The position numbers and the translations under genes were made by a program. This document shows positions 38,202-49,845 of a DNA stretch of 64,000 nucleotides, piece by piece. How positions within the stretch are numbered: the first letter of the stretch is position 1; each line of letters opens with the position of its first letter. The notes below the pieces were generated by a model. The model did not search any database. It was not told the origin of the DNA and worked only from the letters and a program-made list of their open reading frames with translations. This DNA comes from an uncultured Dehalococcoidia bacterium (lineage in GTDB: Bacteria > Chloroflexota > Dehalococcoidia > Lucifugimonadales > CATQGZ01): contig CAZMZE010000040.1 of assembly GCA_964570875.1 (NCBI GenBank), positions 3,252-67,251 on the forward strand. Direction: 5' to 3'.

Positions 38202-38849
38202 TCATTTACCATCACTTAGTGCCAATATGAGTAGGCGTTCCACTTCATCAGGCGTTCCATTGGCTTTTATTTCGGTCAATTTCTCTGAATGCTTATAGTA
38301 ATCAAGCAATGGTTCAGTTTCTTTTAAATACACGCTCAGTCGTTTATCCACAACATCGTGTCGATCATCTTCTCTCTGGTACAACATCCCTTCACAAAAA
38401 TCACATTCCCCAGGCTTTTTCGATGGAGCAGAATCCATATGGAATGGAGCTTGACAGCTCTTGCATATTTGTCTTCCAGAAAGTCGTTTTACCAATTCGT
38501 CTCTTTCAACAACCATGCAAATCACTAAATCAATGCCTCCACTATCTCCAATTTCAGCATCCAAAGCGGTCGCTTGAGCAATAGTCCTAGGAAATCCATC
38601 TAAAATAAACCCATTGCAATTTTCCGCTAACCCTATTGATTCTATAACCATTCCAATCGTTACATGATCAGGTACGTATTCTCCTTTGTCCATGTAATGA
38701 CTGGCCAGTATTCCCAGTTCTGTGGACTGGTTCCTGTGGGTTCTAAACAAGTCACCTGTTGAGATCTTGTTGATTCCAAGTTTCTTCGACAAGCGTTCGC
38801 CTTGCGTACCTTTCCCTACTCCCGGTGGTCCCATCAAAATAATCTTCAT
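38202..38849 (-). CDS. adk: Adenylate kinase (Zn lid)
   Basis: GPPGVGKGTQ, LDGFPRT, CKSC/CDFC. Confidence 0.97.
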   Translation of the reverse strand: MKIILMGPPGVGKGTQGERLSKKLGINKISTGDLFRTHRNQSTELGILASHYMDKGEYVPDHVTIGMVIESIGLAENCNGFILDGFPRTIAQATALDAEIGDSGGIDLVICMVVERDELVKRLSGRQICKSCQAPFHMDSAPSKKPGECDFCEGMLYQREDDRHDVVDKRLSVYLKETEPLLDYYKHSEKLTEIKANGTPDEVERLLILALSDGK

Positions 38850-38929
38850 CTCAAATCAGTAGCGAAAGGATTCATTTATTGGCAACATTTTGAGATAGCA
38901 CAAGTACAAAACGCCCAACTCACGGTTAA

Positions 38930-40264
38930 TCAACGAATGAAGCCTTCATAATTACGCATAAGTAATTGGGCCTCTAATTGCCTCATCGTATCCAATGCCA
39001 CTCCCACCATAATCAATAAACTGAAACTGCTAAGTGTAAGCGTCCGCACATCCGTGGCTATGGTCACAAGGAACGGTATCACTGCAACACACCCCAAAAA
39101 CAAAGCACCACCCCATGTAATTCTTATGACAACTCTTGTTAAATATTCTTGAGTTGGCCGGCCCGGCCTGATACCAGGTATAAAACCGCCATTTCTCTGA
39201 AGATTTTCTGAAAGATTTTGCTGTTGAAACACAACTAGTGTATAGAAGAATGTGAATATAACAACCAGCAAAAACATCACTATCCAATATGGTCCATTGC
39301 TAGGATCCAATCCATTGGATAGAGCCCGTGCAAATCTAGAGAATATGTCATCACTCAATGGGTTTCTGAAATAGCTAGCTAGAGTAGCTGGCAATATCAC
39401 CATTGAGTTAGCGAATATTAATGGAATCATCCCGGCTGAATTCACTCTTAACGGAATAAACGTGGACCCCGTTTGCCTTTGCATTTGACCACCGCGGAAG
39501 GTACTACGACCATACTGAACTGGCACACGCCTCTGAGCTTCAGTGAATAGCACAATCAGGTATATCAGTGCAAATGATAGAATCCCAAACAATAACAATC
39601 CTGCCCCAGCATTTTCTAGGAAACTCTGGCCTATCACAGTTGGGAGAGTGGCTACTATACCACCAAAAATAATCAGAGAGACACCATTACCTAAACCTTT
39701 TTCGGTGATCAATTCACCAAGCCATACTAAGAAAACCGTCCCAGCAACCATTGACACTACCATTGCGAGAGTTGGTAAATTAATCCCAAAAGCCACATCT
39801 GGCAAAACGCCTGACTGCAACAGTAAAGTCAATTGCCCCCAAGCTTGAAGCAAAGCAATTGGGACCATTAACCAATGAGTTATTTGGTTAATTTTTTGTC
39901 TTCCATATTCCCCTTCTTGAGACATGGCTTTCAAACTCGGTATAACTGGCGTGAGTATTTGCAACACGATGGATGCAGTGATATAAGGATAAACACCCAG
40001 AGCAGCAATACTCAGATTTGCAAGTGCACCTCCACTAAACAAATCTAAGAATCCTAGCAGTGCTTGTTGTTCAAAAGCCTGAGATAGCGCCTGCGAATCT
40101 ACCCCTGGAACCGGAACATGAGCAACAAACCGGAAAATTATAAGCATCCCTAGGGTAAACAATATCTTGGATCGTAAGTCAGGTAACCGCATAGCATCAA
40201 TCATCGATTGAATAAGTTGCGGTCTTTGGACCTCCTGCTTACGGGCAACCTGTGACTGCCGCAC
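38930..40264 (-). CDS. secY: Preprotein translocase SecY
   Basis: PYITASI, GNGVSLIIF, FIPGIRPG, NYEGF. Confidence 0.98.
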   Translation of the reverse strand: MRQSQVARKQEVQRPQLIQSMIDAMRLPDLRSKILFTLGMLIIFRFVAHVPVPGVDSQALSQAFEQQALLGFLDLFSGGALANLSIAALGVYPYITASIVLQILTPVIPSLKAMSQEGEYGRQKINQITHWLMVPIALLQAWGQLTLLLQSGVLPDVAFGINLPTLAMVVSMVAGTVFLVWLGELITEKGLGNGVSLIIFGGIVATLPTVIGQSFLENAGAGLLLFGILSFALIYLIVLFTEAQRRVPVQYGRSTFRGGQMQRQTGSTFIPLRVNSAGMIPLIFANSMVILPATLASYFRNPLSDDIFSRFARALSNGLDPSNGPYWIVMFLLVVIFTFFYTLVVFQQQNLSENLQRNGGFIPGIRPGRPTQEYLTRVVIRITWGGALFLGCVAVIPFLVTIATDVRTLTLSSFSLLIMVGVALDTMRQLEAQLLMRNYEGFIR

Positions 40265-40713
40265 TACTCTTTTATCTCCGTTACTGTTCCACCAACAGAC
40301 TCTATATCAGAAACAGCTTGTTTGGAAAACTTATGAGCTTCAATGTTCAACGGAACTGTTAAAACACCGCCAGCCAGCACTTTAACAGGTTTTTGATCAT
40401 CATTTACTATATTCATTTCCTTAAGTAGCTGTGGAGTTACAGTACTATTTTCTTTCAATTGCCCCAAGCTTCCCAAGTTCACTAAGCTATAGGCAACTTT
40501 CCTAAAGCTTTTGAAGCCTCGCAACTTCGGCAAAGATTTTATGAGAGGTAATCCTCCCCCTTGGAAGCCTAATCTTATCCCCGATCCACTACGGGCTTTT
40601 TGACCTTTCAATCCTTTACCTGAATAGGTACCTTGGCCGCTGGAATATCCGCGACCAACTCTCTTTCGTTGTTTCTTTGCTCCCTCTGGGCTATTAAATT
40701 CATGCTGTTGCAA
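40264..40713 (-). CDS. rplO: 50S ribosomal protein L15
   Basis: RVGRG, KGQKARSG, LPKLRGF. Confidence 0.97.
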   Translation of the reverse strand: MQQHEFNSPEGAKKQRKRVGRGYSSGQGTYSGKGLKGQKARSGSGIRLGFQGGGLPLIKSLPKLRGFKSFRKVAYSLVNLGSLGQLKENSTVTPQLLKEMNIVNDDQKPVKVLAGGVLTVPLNIEAHKFSKQAVSDIESVGGTVTEIKE

Positions 40714-40733
40714 TTTTTACACTAATCCTTAAT

Positions 40734-40934
40734 TCACTTGCCATTGGGAAGTTCTTTGTAGCTGAGCAAATGCTCAACTTTTTTAATCATTCCTCGTATT
40801 GAAGGAGTGTCTTCATGAATCACGGTTTGATTTAACCGTCTTAATCCCAAACTCGCAATCGTCTTACGTTGGGTTTGAGCATACCCTATGCCACTCTTCT
40901 TCCAAGTGATCTCTATTTTTGAATTTGAAGCCAT
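40734..40934 (-). CDS. rpmD: 50S ribosomal protein L30
   Basis: KSGIG, LGLRR, IRGMI. Confidence 0.96.
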   Translation of the reverse strand: MASNSKIEITWKKSGIGYAQTQRKTIASLGLRRLNQTVIHEDTPSIRGMIKKVEHLLSYKELPNGK

Positions 40935-41003
40935 ACTTGAAATCCTAAATGTTTTTTCTATTTTGTCCTAATATTCCCAGTATCAGAAAAGTCAAACGTA
41001 TCT

Positions 41004-41534
41004 CTACTTTTCGCCTTTAACCGATTCCGCCACAGCCTTCCTTCTGGCAAATTCCTCTTCAGGATCACGCAAACCCGCGAGGCCAGAAAAAGTCGCTTTT
41101 ACTACATTTACTGGATTAGTACTCCTTCTAACCTTGGTAAGAATGTCCTTAACACCTGCAAGCTCTACAACAGCCCTTACTGACCCCCCTGCTATGACAC
41201 CCGTGCCGGGAGAGGCTGGTTTAAGCATAACCATTGAACCACCAAATTTGGACAGAACCTCATAAGGAATCGTCGTCCCTTTCAGGGGTATCTTTACAAT
41301 ATTTCTACGTGCAGCAGCGCCACCTTTCCGAACAGCGTCAGGAACCGCATCTGCTTTGCCCATTCCAATCCCAACTGAACCTTGTTCATCACCAACCACT
41401 ACAATGGCACTGAAACTCAGATGCCTGCCACCTTTAACGACTTTAGAGACTCTAGATATGTTAACAACTCTTTCAGAAAGAGAACCTTCTTCTTTATCAA
41501 CCGATGCTCGTTCATTCCTGTTATACATCGACAC
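41004..41534 (-). CDS. rpsE: 30S ribosomal protein S5
   Basis: RVSKVVKGGR, PGTGVIAGG. Confidence 0.98.
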   Translation of the reverse strand: MSMYNRNERASVDKEEGSLSERVVNISRVSKVVKGGRHLSFSAIVVVGDEQGSVGIGMGKADAVPDAVRKGGAAARRNIVKIPLKGTTIPYEVLSKFGGSMVMLKPASPGTGVIAGGSVRAVVELAGVKDILTKVRRSTNPVNVVKATFSGLAGLRDPEEEFARRKAVAESVKGEK

Positions 41535-41906
41535 TTAAAAAACCAACCCTTCTTCTCGGGCGCCTTCAGCCAATGCCTTCACACGCCCGTGGTATTTGTA
41601 TCCTCCCCTATCAAAAACCACACTCTTTATCCCCGCATTGGTAGCCCTTTTGCCAACGAGAACTCCTACCAATTTAGCCACATCTTTTTTCGAAGCACTT
41701 GAGCTTATATCTTTTTTGATATCAGGCTCCAGTGTTGATCCGGAGATCACGGTGTTTCCATTAGTATCATCTATAACTTGTGCATATATATGGTTTAGGC
41801 TCCTGAATACTGACAGCCTTGGCCGAACAGTTGTTCCAGAAATTTTACGCCTAACTCGATTATGGCGAATTATGCGTCGAGCGCCCCTAGTTTTGGATGC
41901 TGACAT
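41535..41906 (-). CDS. rplR: 50S ribosomal protein L18
   Basis: [21 protein letters not shown]. Confidence 0.98.
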   Translation of the reverse strand: MSASKTRGARRIIRHNRVRRKISGTTVRPRLSVFRSLNHIYAQVIDDTNGNTVISGSTLEPDIKKDISSSASKKDVAKLVGVLVGKRATNAGIKSVVFDRGGYKYHGRVKALAEGAREEGLVF

Positions 41907-42454
41907 TATGCTTCCGCCTTTCGTGCGCTTTTCCCTGGTTTCAAGTGAACTTCCTCACCTGAATACCTTATCCCTTTTCCTGTGTAAACATTGGGTGGCC
42001 TAACCTTCCTGATTTCTGCTGCCACCTGACCGACTTTTTGCTTATCTATCCCTTTCACATTTATCCGGTTGTTACCCTCAACTTCTAATTCGATTCCTTC
42101 CGGTGCTCCTACATCTACAGGATGACTGTACATTACATTTAGAGTGATGCCTTTGCCAGACTGCTGTACTCGATAGCCCACACCAACGAGTTCCAAAGAC
42201 TTGCTGAAGCCATCACTAACACCAGAAACCATATTCATTAATAAACTTCTACTTAAGCCATGTATCTCTCTATCATGTCTTTGATCCGACGAACGTGAAA
42301 CCTTGACGAATCCTTCTTCTTGTTCGATGGACATTGTATCGCTGAAATTCCGTACAAGCTCACCTTTTGGACCATGAACGGAAACTACAGACCCTTCTAT
42401 CTGAACCTTGACCTTATCGGGTATTGGTATAGGGTTATTACCTACTCTTGACAT
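41906..42454 (-). CDS. rplF: 50S ribosomal protein L6
   Basis: [18 protein letters not shown]. Confidence 0.98.
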   Translation of the reverse strand: MSRVGNNPIPIPDKVKVQIEGSVVSVHGPKGELVRNFSDTMSIEQEEGFVKVSRSSDQRHDREIHGLSRSLLMNMVSGVSDGFSKSLELVGVGYRVQQSGKGITLNVMYSHPVDVGAPEGIELEVEGNNRINVKGIDKQKVGQVAAEIRKVRPPNVYTGKGIRYSGEEVHLKPGKSARKAEA

Positions 42455-42463
42455 ATATCACTC

Positions 42464-42865
42464 CTACCAGACATAGCACAACAACTCTCCTCCAACGCCA
42501 TTTTCCTTTGCCTGCTGGCCAGTCATCACGCCCTTGGAAGTAGAGATGATTGAAACTCCAAGTCCTCCATAATATCTAGGAATCTCGCCTTTCCCAACAT
42601 GAATTCTCAAACCTGGTTTACTAACTCTCTTCAAACCAACTATACCCGGGGTATCATCGTTCCGATAATGCAGCTGCACCTGAAGCGCATCAAATCCTGA
42701 GTCATTCTTGGTCTGGCTATATCCTTCAATAAAACCTTCCTCCGCAAGAATCCGAAGTATCTCAGTTTTGATTTTCGACGCAGGCATAGTGACAATCTCG
42801 TGTCTCGATTGAGCCGCGTTCCTAATCCGGGTTAACATATCTGCTATAGGATCTGTGACAGTCAT
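42464..42865 (-). CDS. rpsH: 30S ribosomal protein S8
   Basis: DPIADMLTRIRN, SKPGLR, GGELLCYVW; start ATG 42865. Confidence 0.98.
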   Translation of the reverse strand: MTVTDPIADMLTRIRNAAQSRHEIVTMPASKIKTEILRILAEEGFIEGYSQTKNDSGFDALQVQLHYRNDDTPGIVGLKRVSKPGLRIHVGKGEIPRYYGGLGVSIISTSKGVMTGQQAKENGVGGELLCYVW

Positions 42866-42882
42866 TTTAATTCCTCTAACTC

Positions 42883-43068
42883 TTACCAGCTCGCCTTCCG
42901 AACTCCAGGCAATATTCCTTCTAATGCCATTTCCCTGAAACAAATTCGACAAAGACCAAAATGCCTTATGTATGCACGAGGCCTACCGCATTTATGACAT
43001 CTATTAATTTGTCTCACTCCATATTTCTGAGGCTTTTTCCATCTAGCGATTTTGGATGATTTTGCCAA
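42883..43068 (-). CDS. rpsN: 30S ribosomal protein S14 type Z
   Basis: CHKCGR...LCRICFR. Confidence 0.98.
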   Translation of the reverse strand: MAKSSKIARWKKPQKYGVRQINRCHKCGRPRAYIRHFGLCRICFREMALEGILPGVRKASW

Positions 43069-43112
43069 TTATCAAACTCCACTAATTAATTGTGCTTTGT
43101 TACATTTGCCGT

Positions 43113-43853
43113 TCATGAAGCTGCTGACTCTTCCTGCATGCGTTCAAAAGGCATACCCAAAAGTTCCAACAGTCTTTCACCTTCTCTGTCAGTTTTTGCC
43201 GTGGTCACTACAACTATCTGCAGCCCCCTTAGTTTATCTATGTTGTTGTAGTCTATTTCCGGAAATATTACTTGCTCACGCAATCCTAGAGAAAAATTTC
43301 CTCTTCCATCAAATGATTTCCGGGAAACCCCTCGGAAATCTCTAACTCTAGGCAAAGAAGCATTCATTAATCTGTCCAGAAACTCATACATTCTGAAGCC
43401 CCTCAGGGTCACAGACACGCCTATCGGCATTCCCTCTCTTATTTTGAAAGCCGCTATTGACTTGCGGGCTAACGTAGTAACTGGTTTCTGACCAGATATC
43501 TTTGTCAAATCACCAGTAGCATTTTCAATAGCCTTACTATTATCTAACGCCTCGCCTAAGCCTATATTCAATACGATTTTCTCAAGCTTAGGTACTTGCA
43601 TCACACTCGAATAACCAAATTCCTCCACTAATTGCGGAGCCACTTGAGATGCCTGTCTTGTCTTCAACCTAGGCTCTGACGGCACAGCGACCTTCGTCTT
43701 AGTCGCAGCTTTAACAGCAGGTGCCTTGGCTGCCTTTTTAGGCACTGCCTTGGCCTTCGATACTCGCTTAGTCGAAGTTGATCCTTTTCGTGCAGGTTTG
43801 GTAGCCTTAGCTGTACTTTTAGGTTTTGGTTGCTTTTTATCCTCGTTAGTCAC
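43113..43853 (-). CDS. rplE: 50S ribosomal protein L5 with Lys/Ala-rich N-terminal extension
   Basis: KIVLNIG, GQKP, FKIREG, FDGRGN. Confidence 0.97.
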   Translation of the reverse strand: MTNEDKKQPKPKSTAKATKPARKGSTSTKRVSKAKAVPKKAAKAPAVKAATKTKVAVPSEPRLKTRQASQVAPQLVEEFGYSSVMQVPKLEKIVLNIGLGEALDNSKAIENATGDLTKISGQKPVTTLARKSIAAFKIREGMPIGVSVTLRGFRMYEFLDRLMNASLPRVRDFRGVSRKSFDGRGNFSLGLREQVIFPEIDYNNIDKLRGLQIVVVTTAKTDREGERLLELLGMPFERMQEESAAS

Positions 43854-44164
43854 TCTATAACTTCCTCACAACGCTTACATACACGGACCTTAGTTCCATC
43901 TGCCATTGAATTTACAGAAATCCTTGCGGGCCGACTACAACTAGTGCATACCAACATTACATTAGACGCCGGTACTGGCATTTCCTTCTGAATAATTCCG
44001 CCTTGCCTTGCTCCACTCGAAGACGGCTTAGAATGCTTCGTTGAAACGTTCACTCCCTCTACAACTACTTTTCGGTCTTTGGTCACCACTCTTTGAACGA
44101 GTCCTTGCTTGCCTCGATCTCGTCCTTTTATTATCAAAACATTATCATCTTTGCGAACCAGCAT
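43850..44164 (-). CDS. rplX: 50S ribosomal protein L24
   Basis: [17 protein letters not shown]. Confidence 0.97.
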   Translation of the reverse strand: MLVRKDDNVLIIKGRDRGKQGLVQRVVTKDRKVVVEGVNVSTKHSKPSSSGARQGGIIQKEMPVPASNVMLVCTSCSRPARISVNSMADGTKVRVCKRCEEVIE

Positions 44165-44165
44165 C

Positions 44166-44534
44166 TCACAACACCTCCGGTGCCAGAGAAACAATGCGCA
44201 TGAAGTTCTTATCTCTCAGTTCACGTGCCACTGGACCAAATATTCTAGTTCCTCTAGGCATTTGCTCTTCGTCCACCAAAACAGCGGCATTGTCATCAAA
44301 CTTGACATGGGACCCGTCTGGGCGCCGCTTGCCTTTAGCCGTTCTTACAATTACCGCTCTAACTACTTCTCCTTTAGAAACCGCAGAGGATGGCGCAGCT
44401 TCTTTTACGGAAGCAACAATCACATCCCCTAACGAAGCGTACTTCCTACCACTACCACCAGGAACCCCAATACAACTTATGGACCTAGCACCTGAATTGT
44501 CCGCCACTTTTAATCTTGTATATTGCTGTATCAC
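44166..44534 (-). CDS. rplN: 50S ribosomal protein L14
   Basis: [26 protein letters not shown]. Confidence 0.98.
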   Translation of the reverse strand: MIQQYTRLKVADNSGARSISCIGVPGGSGRKYASLGDVIVASVKEAAPSSAVSKGEVVRAVIVRTAKGKRRPDGSHVKFDDNAAVLVDEEQMPRGTRIFGPVARELRDKNFMRIVSLAPEVL

Positions 44535-44983
44535 TTGGTTTCCTCCACTTCTTCTTCTGAAGAAATAGAAGCAGCATCAGGCTGTGATTCTTGGCCTTTT
44601 GGCGATTGAAGCACATTTGTTTCTTCAACTATCGAATTTTGTTCTCTCTGGTCTGTATCCTCAGATGCGCCAACCCCAGACTTCATCACATCCGCATCAG
44701 GAACCACATCTTCGGGCCTAACATCATCACTTTCCGCCCTTGACACAACATTTTGTACACTCCATCTCTTTGTTTTCGACCTAGGGCGACTTTCCACTAT
44801 CTGAACCACATCACCTAACGAGCAGATATTCTCGGCATCATGAACCGTCATTCTAGAACGCCTGCTTACCGACTTTTTATACAGTTTATGGGGGCGCTTC
44901 CATTCAACAGACACGACAATAGTCTTATCCATTGAATCACTCACCACTTTACCCGTACGAACCTTACGCGTTTCGAAACTCAT
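44531..44983 (-). CDS. rpsQ: 30S ribosomal protein S17 with acidic C-terminal extension
   Basis: [22 protein letters not shown]. Confidence 0.97.
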   Translation of the reverse strand: MSFETRKVRTGKVVSDSMDKTIVVSVEWKRPHKLYKKSVSRRSRMTVHDAENICSLGDVVQIVESRPRSKTKRWSVQNVVSRAESDDVRPEDVVPDADVMKSGVGASEDTDQREQNSIVEETNVLQSPKGQESQPDAASISSEEEVEETK

Positions 44984-45183
44984 GACACCACCCGAGCCAA
45001 TTCTCTTTCCCTAATGATTGTATTTATCCTAGCTATCCTGATTTTGGCAGCTTTTATCTCATTCACATTTGGCAGCTGCATAGTAGCAACCCTGAAACGC
45101 AGATTCATCAACGCCCGATGGCTTGCATCTAATTCGTCATTCAATTCTTCGTCTGTCATTGACCTTATGTCATCTATTTCCAA
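44980..45183 (-). CDS. rpmC: 50S ribosomal protein L29
   Basis: NLRF, IARINT. Confidence 0.96.
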   Translation of the reverse strand: MEIDDIRSMTDEELNDELDASHRALMNLRFRVATMQLPNVNEIKAAKIRIARINTIIRERELARVVS

Positions 45184-45230
45184 TTGATAGCCACCTTCTA
45201 CGATCAGTTGATTCTATTTATATCGAACCC

Positions 45231-45638
45231 TTAAGATTTTTCTACTATCTTAGTCCCCATAGGGAGCTTCGAAGCTGCTAGTCTTAGAGCTTCCCGGGCC
45301 ACATCTCTTGGCACTCCTGACATTTCAAAAAGCATTCGGCCCGGCCTAACCACAGCTACCCAGTGATCTACCGGAGCTTTACCACTCCCCATCCGAGTTT
45401 CTGCCGCCCTAGCTGTTACTGAACGGTCAGGAAAAACTCTGATCCAAACCCTGCCTCCACGACGTGCGTGGCGAGTCATAGCAACGCGCGCAGCTTCTAT
45501 CTGTCGCGATGTGAGCCATGCAGGTTGAACAGCCTTCAGGCCGAACTCACCCAGATTCAAAGAACTACCCGATACGGATATCCCTTTCATCCGCCCCCTG
45601 TGATGGAGCCTATATTTAACTCTTTTCGGTTGTAACAT
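45231..45638 (-). CDS. rplP: 50S ribosomal protein L16
   Basis: [22 protein letters not shown]. Confidence 0.98.
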   Translation of the reverse strand: MLQPKRVKYRLHHRGRMKGISVSGSSLNLGEFGLKAVQPAWLTSRQIEAARVAMTRHARRGGRVWIRVFPDRSVTARAAETRMGSGKAPVDHWVAVVRPGRMLFEMSGVPRDVAREALRLAASKLPMGTKIVEKS

Positions 45639-46383
45639 TTTCCCCTATGTCATCATTTCCTATATTTTGTGCATTCTCTTCTGCATCATCTAACTTAAGC
45701 GTTACTTCAATTGGCGAAATCTCTTCGATTTCAATTTCACCAGGAGCTACCTCATCAAATATGTCTCCCTTATATATCCACACTTTGACACCAATCCTAC
45801 CAAAATCAGTGCTCGCTTCTGTGATTCCATAGTCAATGTCTGCTCGCAAGGTGTGTAATGGGACTCTACCTTCTCTAGCCTTCTCAGTTCTGGCTATTTC
45901 AGAACCTCCAAGCCGTCCCGAACAAACTATCTTTATCCCAAGTGCACCTGCCTGAATGGTTCTTCCTAAAGCCTGCCTCATAGCACGCCTGAAAGCTATT
46001 CGGCGTTCCAATTGTTCTGCTACATTCCTGGCAACCAGAAATGCATCTAATTCTGGCTGTCTAATTTCCTGCACATTCAAACGAGCCTTACTTTTAGTGA
46101 TTTTTTCGAGATCTTTCCTCAATTCCTCAACTCTAGTCCCACCCCGACCAATAACTATACCAGGACGAGCGGTATGAATTGTCACTACCACTTCTGCCTT
46201 CCCACGCTCTATATCTACCCTTGATATACCCGCATCATCATACCCTTTGTATATCAATTCCCTAACTCGCAGATCATCAAGCACCAAACCCCTGTAGTCG
46301 CTCGGCTTCTTAGCAAACCACTTCGTTTGCCAGTCTTTCACTATGCCTAACCTGAATCCAACTGGATGTGTTTTTTGCCCCAC
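45616..46383 (-). CDS. rpsC: 30S ribosomal protein S3
   Basis: [26 protein letters not shown]. Confidence 0.98.
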   Translation of the reverse strand: MGQKTHPVGFRLGIVKDWQTKWFAKKPSDYRGLVLDDLRVRELIYKGYDDAGISRVDIERGKAEVVVTIHTARPGIVIGRGGTRVEELRKDLEKITKSKARLNVQEIRQPELDAFLVARNVAEQLERRIAFRRAMRQALGRTIQAGALGIKIVCSGRLGGSEIARTEKAREGRVPLHTLRADIDYGITEASTDFGRIGVKVWIYKGDIFDEVAPGEIEIEEISPIEVTLKLDDAEENAQNIGNDDIGENVTTEKS

Positions 46384-46387
46384 TCTA

Positions 46388-46723
46388 TTACTCCTCTTCG
46401 TCCAGCACCACAGTCAGATGGGTGCTTCTCCGTAGTATTCGACCCGCCCTACCACGAGCCCGTGCACGAAATCTTTTTGTTTGCGGAGCATCTCCGGCAT
46501 AAATTTCAATCACCTTTAAATCCGACCGCTGGGCCACCAGTTCGTTCTCGGCATTAGCTGCCGCAGAACTTATAACTTTCTCTAGGCACCTAGCAGTTGG
46601 TGATGGCATGAATTTCAATATAGTCAATGCCTCATCAACCCTCTTGCCTCTTACCAGGTCCATTGTTGGCCTAACCTTTTTGGGAGATATTCCCGTATTG
46701 GACACAGTCGCTTTTACTGGCAA
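46388..46723 (-). CDS. rplV: 50S ribosomal protein L22
   Basis: [20 protein letters not shown]. Confidence 0.97.
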   Translation of the reverse strand: MPVKATVSNTGISPKKVRPTMDLVRGKRVDEALTILKFMPSPTARCLEKVISSAAANAENELVAQRSDLKVIEIYAGDAPQTKRFRARARGRAGRILRRSTHLTVVLDEEE

Positions 46724-46738
46724 TGATTTCTCCTATCC

Positions 46739-47023
46739 CTAACTGACAGCAGTCGTACGCTCGGATTTGGTGGAATGCCCTCTAAATGTACGGGTAGGAG
46801 CAAACTCACCAAGCCTGTGACCTACCATGTTTTCTGTAATAAACAAAGGCACGTGCCTGCGACCGTCATGAACTGCGATGGTCAAACCCAACATATCAGG
46901 CATTATCATCGAAGCTCGCGACCAAGTGGTTATAACAACTTTGGCCTGTGACCTAGCCGCTGCCGCGACTTTTTTTGCCAATTTAGGATGTACGTAAGGT
47001 CCCTTCTTTACAGATCGTGACAC
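46739..47023 (-). CDS. rpsS: 30S ribosomal protein S19
   Basis: [20 protein letters not shown]. Confidence 0.98.
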   Translation of the reverse strand: MSRSVKKGPYVHPKLAKKVAAAARSQAKVVITTWSRASMIMPDMLGLTIAVHDGRRHVPLFITENMVGHRLGEFAPTRTFRGHSTKSERTTAVS

Positions 47024-47029
47024 AGCTTT

Positions 47030-47863
47030 CTACCTTTCTCCTCTACGTCTAACTATAAAGCGCCCACTGCCTTTTTTCTTATTTCTAGTCCTATATCCAA
47101 GTGCAGGTTTTCCCCATGGGGTTTTCGGGCTCGGCATTCCTATTGGAGACTTACCCTCTCCTCCTCCATGAGGATGATCAGCAGGAGACATAACCACTCC
47201 TCTTACTGTCGGCCGTCTCCCCCTATGGCGATTCGCCCCTGCTTTACCTAACTTAATATTTTTGTGATCCGAAGCACTCACTTGACCTATCGTCGCCATG
47301 CATTCACTGAGAATGTATCGCACTTCTCCAGAGGGCAATCGTAATAGCGTATATTTACCTTCACTTGACAACACTTGAGCTCCGTTCCCTGCACTCCTAA
47401 CTATCTGGCCACCTTTACCTACTTTCATTTCCACATTATGTACTAGCGTACCAGAAGGAATCGATTTTAAAGGGAGAGCGTTACCACTAGCGATTTCAGC
47501 ATTTTCTCCAGACTCTACCTTGTCTCCAACATTCATGCCATCAACCGCCAAAATATACCGCCAATCTCCATTTCTGTATTTCACCAAGGCAATCCTAGAT
47601 GACCTGTTAGGGTCGTATTCAATTGTAGTAACTTCCCCAGGCACCCCGAAATTATCTCTTTTAAAATCTATTTTTCTAAGCTTACGTTTATGACCTCCAC
47701 CACGATGCCTCACCGTAATCCGACCACTCGAATTACGACCCGCATTCTTTTTCAACGGTTCTACCAGAGACTTTTTAGGGGTCCTTACGGTGATGTCATC
47801 AGTAGTTTGAATCACCTTACCCCTTTGCCCAGGAGTTATAGGTTTTTTTGCCTTAAGTCCCAT
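47030..47863 (-). CDS. rplB: 50S ribosomal protein L2
   Basis: [25 protein letters not shown]; start ATG 47863. Confidence 0.98.
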   Translation of the reverse strand: MGLKAKKPITPGQRGKVIQTTDDITVRTPKKSLVEPLKKNAGRNSSGRITVRHRGGGHKRKLRKIDFKRDNFGVPGEVTTIEYDPNRSSRIALVKYRNGDWRYILAVDGMNVGDKVESGENAEIASGNALPLKSIPSGTLVHNVEMKVGKGGQIVRSAGNGAQVLSSEGKYTLLRLPSGEVRYILSECMATIGQVSASDHKNIKLGKAGANRHRGRRPTVRGVVMSPADHPHGGGEGKSPIGMPSPKTPWGKPALGYRTRNKKKGSGRFIVRRRGER

Positions 47864-47865
47864 CT

Positions 47866-48150
47866 TTAAACACCCTCGAATATTGTTATGGTTTGACCTG
47901 GCGCCAAAGATACTATGGCTTTCTTCCAAGACTTTCGAGATGTCTCTCTAGGTCCAAAACGTTTACGCTTTCCACGTACTTTGATCACGTTAACCTTTAC
48001 GACATCAACATCAAACGCTTCCTGAACAGCAACTTTAATCTGAAATTTATTGGCGTTATCTGACACTTCGAAAGCATACTTACCTTGGTCCTGAAGGAGA
48101 GTACTTTTCTCAGTGATTATGGGACGTCGTAGTATGCTCAGTGAATTCAT
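47866..48150 (-). CDS. rplW: 50S ribosomal protein L23
   Basis: [13 protein letters not shown]. Confidence 0.97.
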   Translation of the reverse strand: MNSLSILRRPIITEKSTLLQDQGKYAFEVSDNANKFQIKVAVQEAFDVDVVKVNVIKVRGKRKRFGPRETSRKSWKKAIVSLAPGQTITIFEGV

Positions 48151-48161
48151 ATATTTGAACC

Positions 48162-48824
48162 TTAGCCCTGCAAAGATCGGCTTAGAGTGCCTGCAGCCAC
48201 CCTAGTTCCCCAATTCATTTCAACAATTTTGACAGCTTCTACAGTCATTATGACGCTTTTATTTCTCATGATGTCCATCGAATTCAGCATCGACGCCGGC
48301 AATAAATTCAATCCTTCAATATTTCTTGCTGCACGAACCACGTTGCTATCCGCACCATCAGCCACTAACAACGCGGGCATATCCACATTTAACGACTGAA
48401 GGACAGCTACGATCTCTTTGGTTTTCCCATGCGTGATTTTCAACTCTTGAATTATTTTAACTGCACCTGCTCGACACTTATCTGACAACACAGCTCTTGT
48501 TGCAGACCTTTTCATTCTTTTTGGTGTAGCATGCCTGTGATCTCTAGGCTCTGGCCCAAACACAACCCCTCCTCCTCTCATCTGAGGAGCACGAATAGTA
48601 CCTTGACGGGCTCTACCAGTACCTTTTTGAGCAAAAGGCTTTGCGCCTCCTCCTGAAACCCTAGAGCGATTCTTAACAGCGACTGTACCTTGCCTAGCGT
48701 TTGCAAGATAGGCAACCATGACTTGATGCACCAGAGATTTATTCATGGGTGCGTCAAACAACTGAGGGCTGACCTCTATATCGTCTACTATGGTTCCGGT
48801 GCTATTTAAAACTGGAAGTTTCAC
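48162..48824 (-). CDS. rplD: 50S ribosomal protein L4
   Basis: QKGTGRARQG, GGGVVFGP. Confidence 0.98.
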   Translation of the reverse strand: MKLPVLNSTGTIVDDIEVSPQLFDAPMNKSLVHQVMVAYLANARQGTVAVKNRSRVSGGGAKPFAQKGTGRARQGTIRAPQMRGGGVVFGPEPRDHRHATPKRMKRSATRAVLSDKCRAGAVKIIQELKITHGKTKEIVAVLQSLNVDMPALLVADGADSNVVRAARNIEGLNLLPASMLNSMDIMRNKSVIMTVEAVKIVEMNWGTRVAAGTLSRSLQG

Positions 48825-48834
48825 CTAGATTTAC

Positions 48835-49458
48835 CTATATACCCTTTTTGCTAATCAATACCAGAGAATTCCCCGCCCCAGGAACAGATCCTTTAACGAG
48901 CAGTAAATTCCTCTCTTTATCGGCCAAAACAACCTCTAAATTCTGAGCAGTAACCTTGGAATTACCCATGTGGCCAGCCATCTTGAGTCCCTTGATCACT
49001 CGGCCAGGCGAACTTCCCGCCCCGATCGAACCCGGAGCACGATGCCTATCTGATTGACCATGCGTCTTAGGTCCTCCTTTGAAACCCCACCTCTTAACAC
49101 CACCAGCAAACCCCCTACCCTTGGAGAAACCCGTAGCGTCTACCTTGTCTCCTGAGTCAAACATGCCCACATCGAACTCTTGGCCTACCTCAACTGAAGA
49201 CACATCAGTAACAGCTACCTCTTTCAAATATCTGAATAAGGAGCCTGACTTTTCCAAATGCCCCCTAGTTGGCTTATTGGCATTTGAAACACTTTCGAAG
49301 CCTATTTGAACTCCATCATAACCATCTGAATCTGCAGTTTTCACTTGAGTAACAGTGCACGGCCCAACCTGAATTGCAGTAACACAGTCAGACTTGCCAT
49401 CTTCAGCAAAAACAGCAGTAGTGCCTATCTTTTTTCCTAGTATACTTTTGATTGACAT
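48835..49458 (-). CDS. rplC: 50S ribosomal protein L3
   Basis: SKGRGFAG, THGQSDRHRAPGSIG, KGSVPG. Confidence 0.98.
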   Translation of the reverse strand: MSIKSILGKKIGTTAVFAEDGKSDCVTAIQVGPCTVTQVKTADSDGYDGVQIGFESVSNANKPTRGHLEKSGSLFRYLKEVAVTDVSSVEVGQEFDVGMFDSGDKVDATGFSKGRGFAGGVKRWGFKGGPKTHGQSDRHRAPGSIGAGSSPGRVIKGLKMAGHMGNSKVTAQNLEVVLADKERNLLLVKGSVPGAGNSLVLISKKGI

Positions 49459-49470
49459 TGCAATGGTTCC

Positions 49471-49785
49471 CTACAATTTTATTGATATATCAACGCCAGC
49501 GGGCACATCCAACCGAGTCAGGTCATCTATGGTTTTTGCAGTAGGCTCCAATATGTCAACTAGACGATTGTGAGTCCTCAGTTCAAAATGCTCACGGGAA
49601 TCCTTGTCTACGTGGGGAGACCTGATAACACAAAACCTCTTTATGGTAGTCGGCAGCGGCACAGGACCAGTGACTCTTGCACCAGTCCTTTCAGCTGCTT
49701 GAACTATTTGCCCTGCGGATACATCGAGAACTTTATGATCAAAAGCCTTCAGTATAATTCTTATTTTTTGTTGCGAAGCCACCAT
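49471..49785 (-). CDS. rpsJ: 30S ribosomal protein S10
   Basis: [21 protein letters not shown]. Confidence 0.98.
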   Translation of the reverse strand: MVASQQKIRIILKAFDHKVLDVSAGQIVQAAERTGARVTGPVPLPTTIKRFCVIRSPHVDKDSREHFELRTHNRLVDILEPTAKTIDDLTRLDVPAGVDISIKL

Positions 49786-49845
49786 TCTCTATCTCTTTAA
49801 TCCATAATTCCTTGTAATTAATCGATACAACTCTAATTTTAATCT

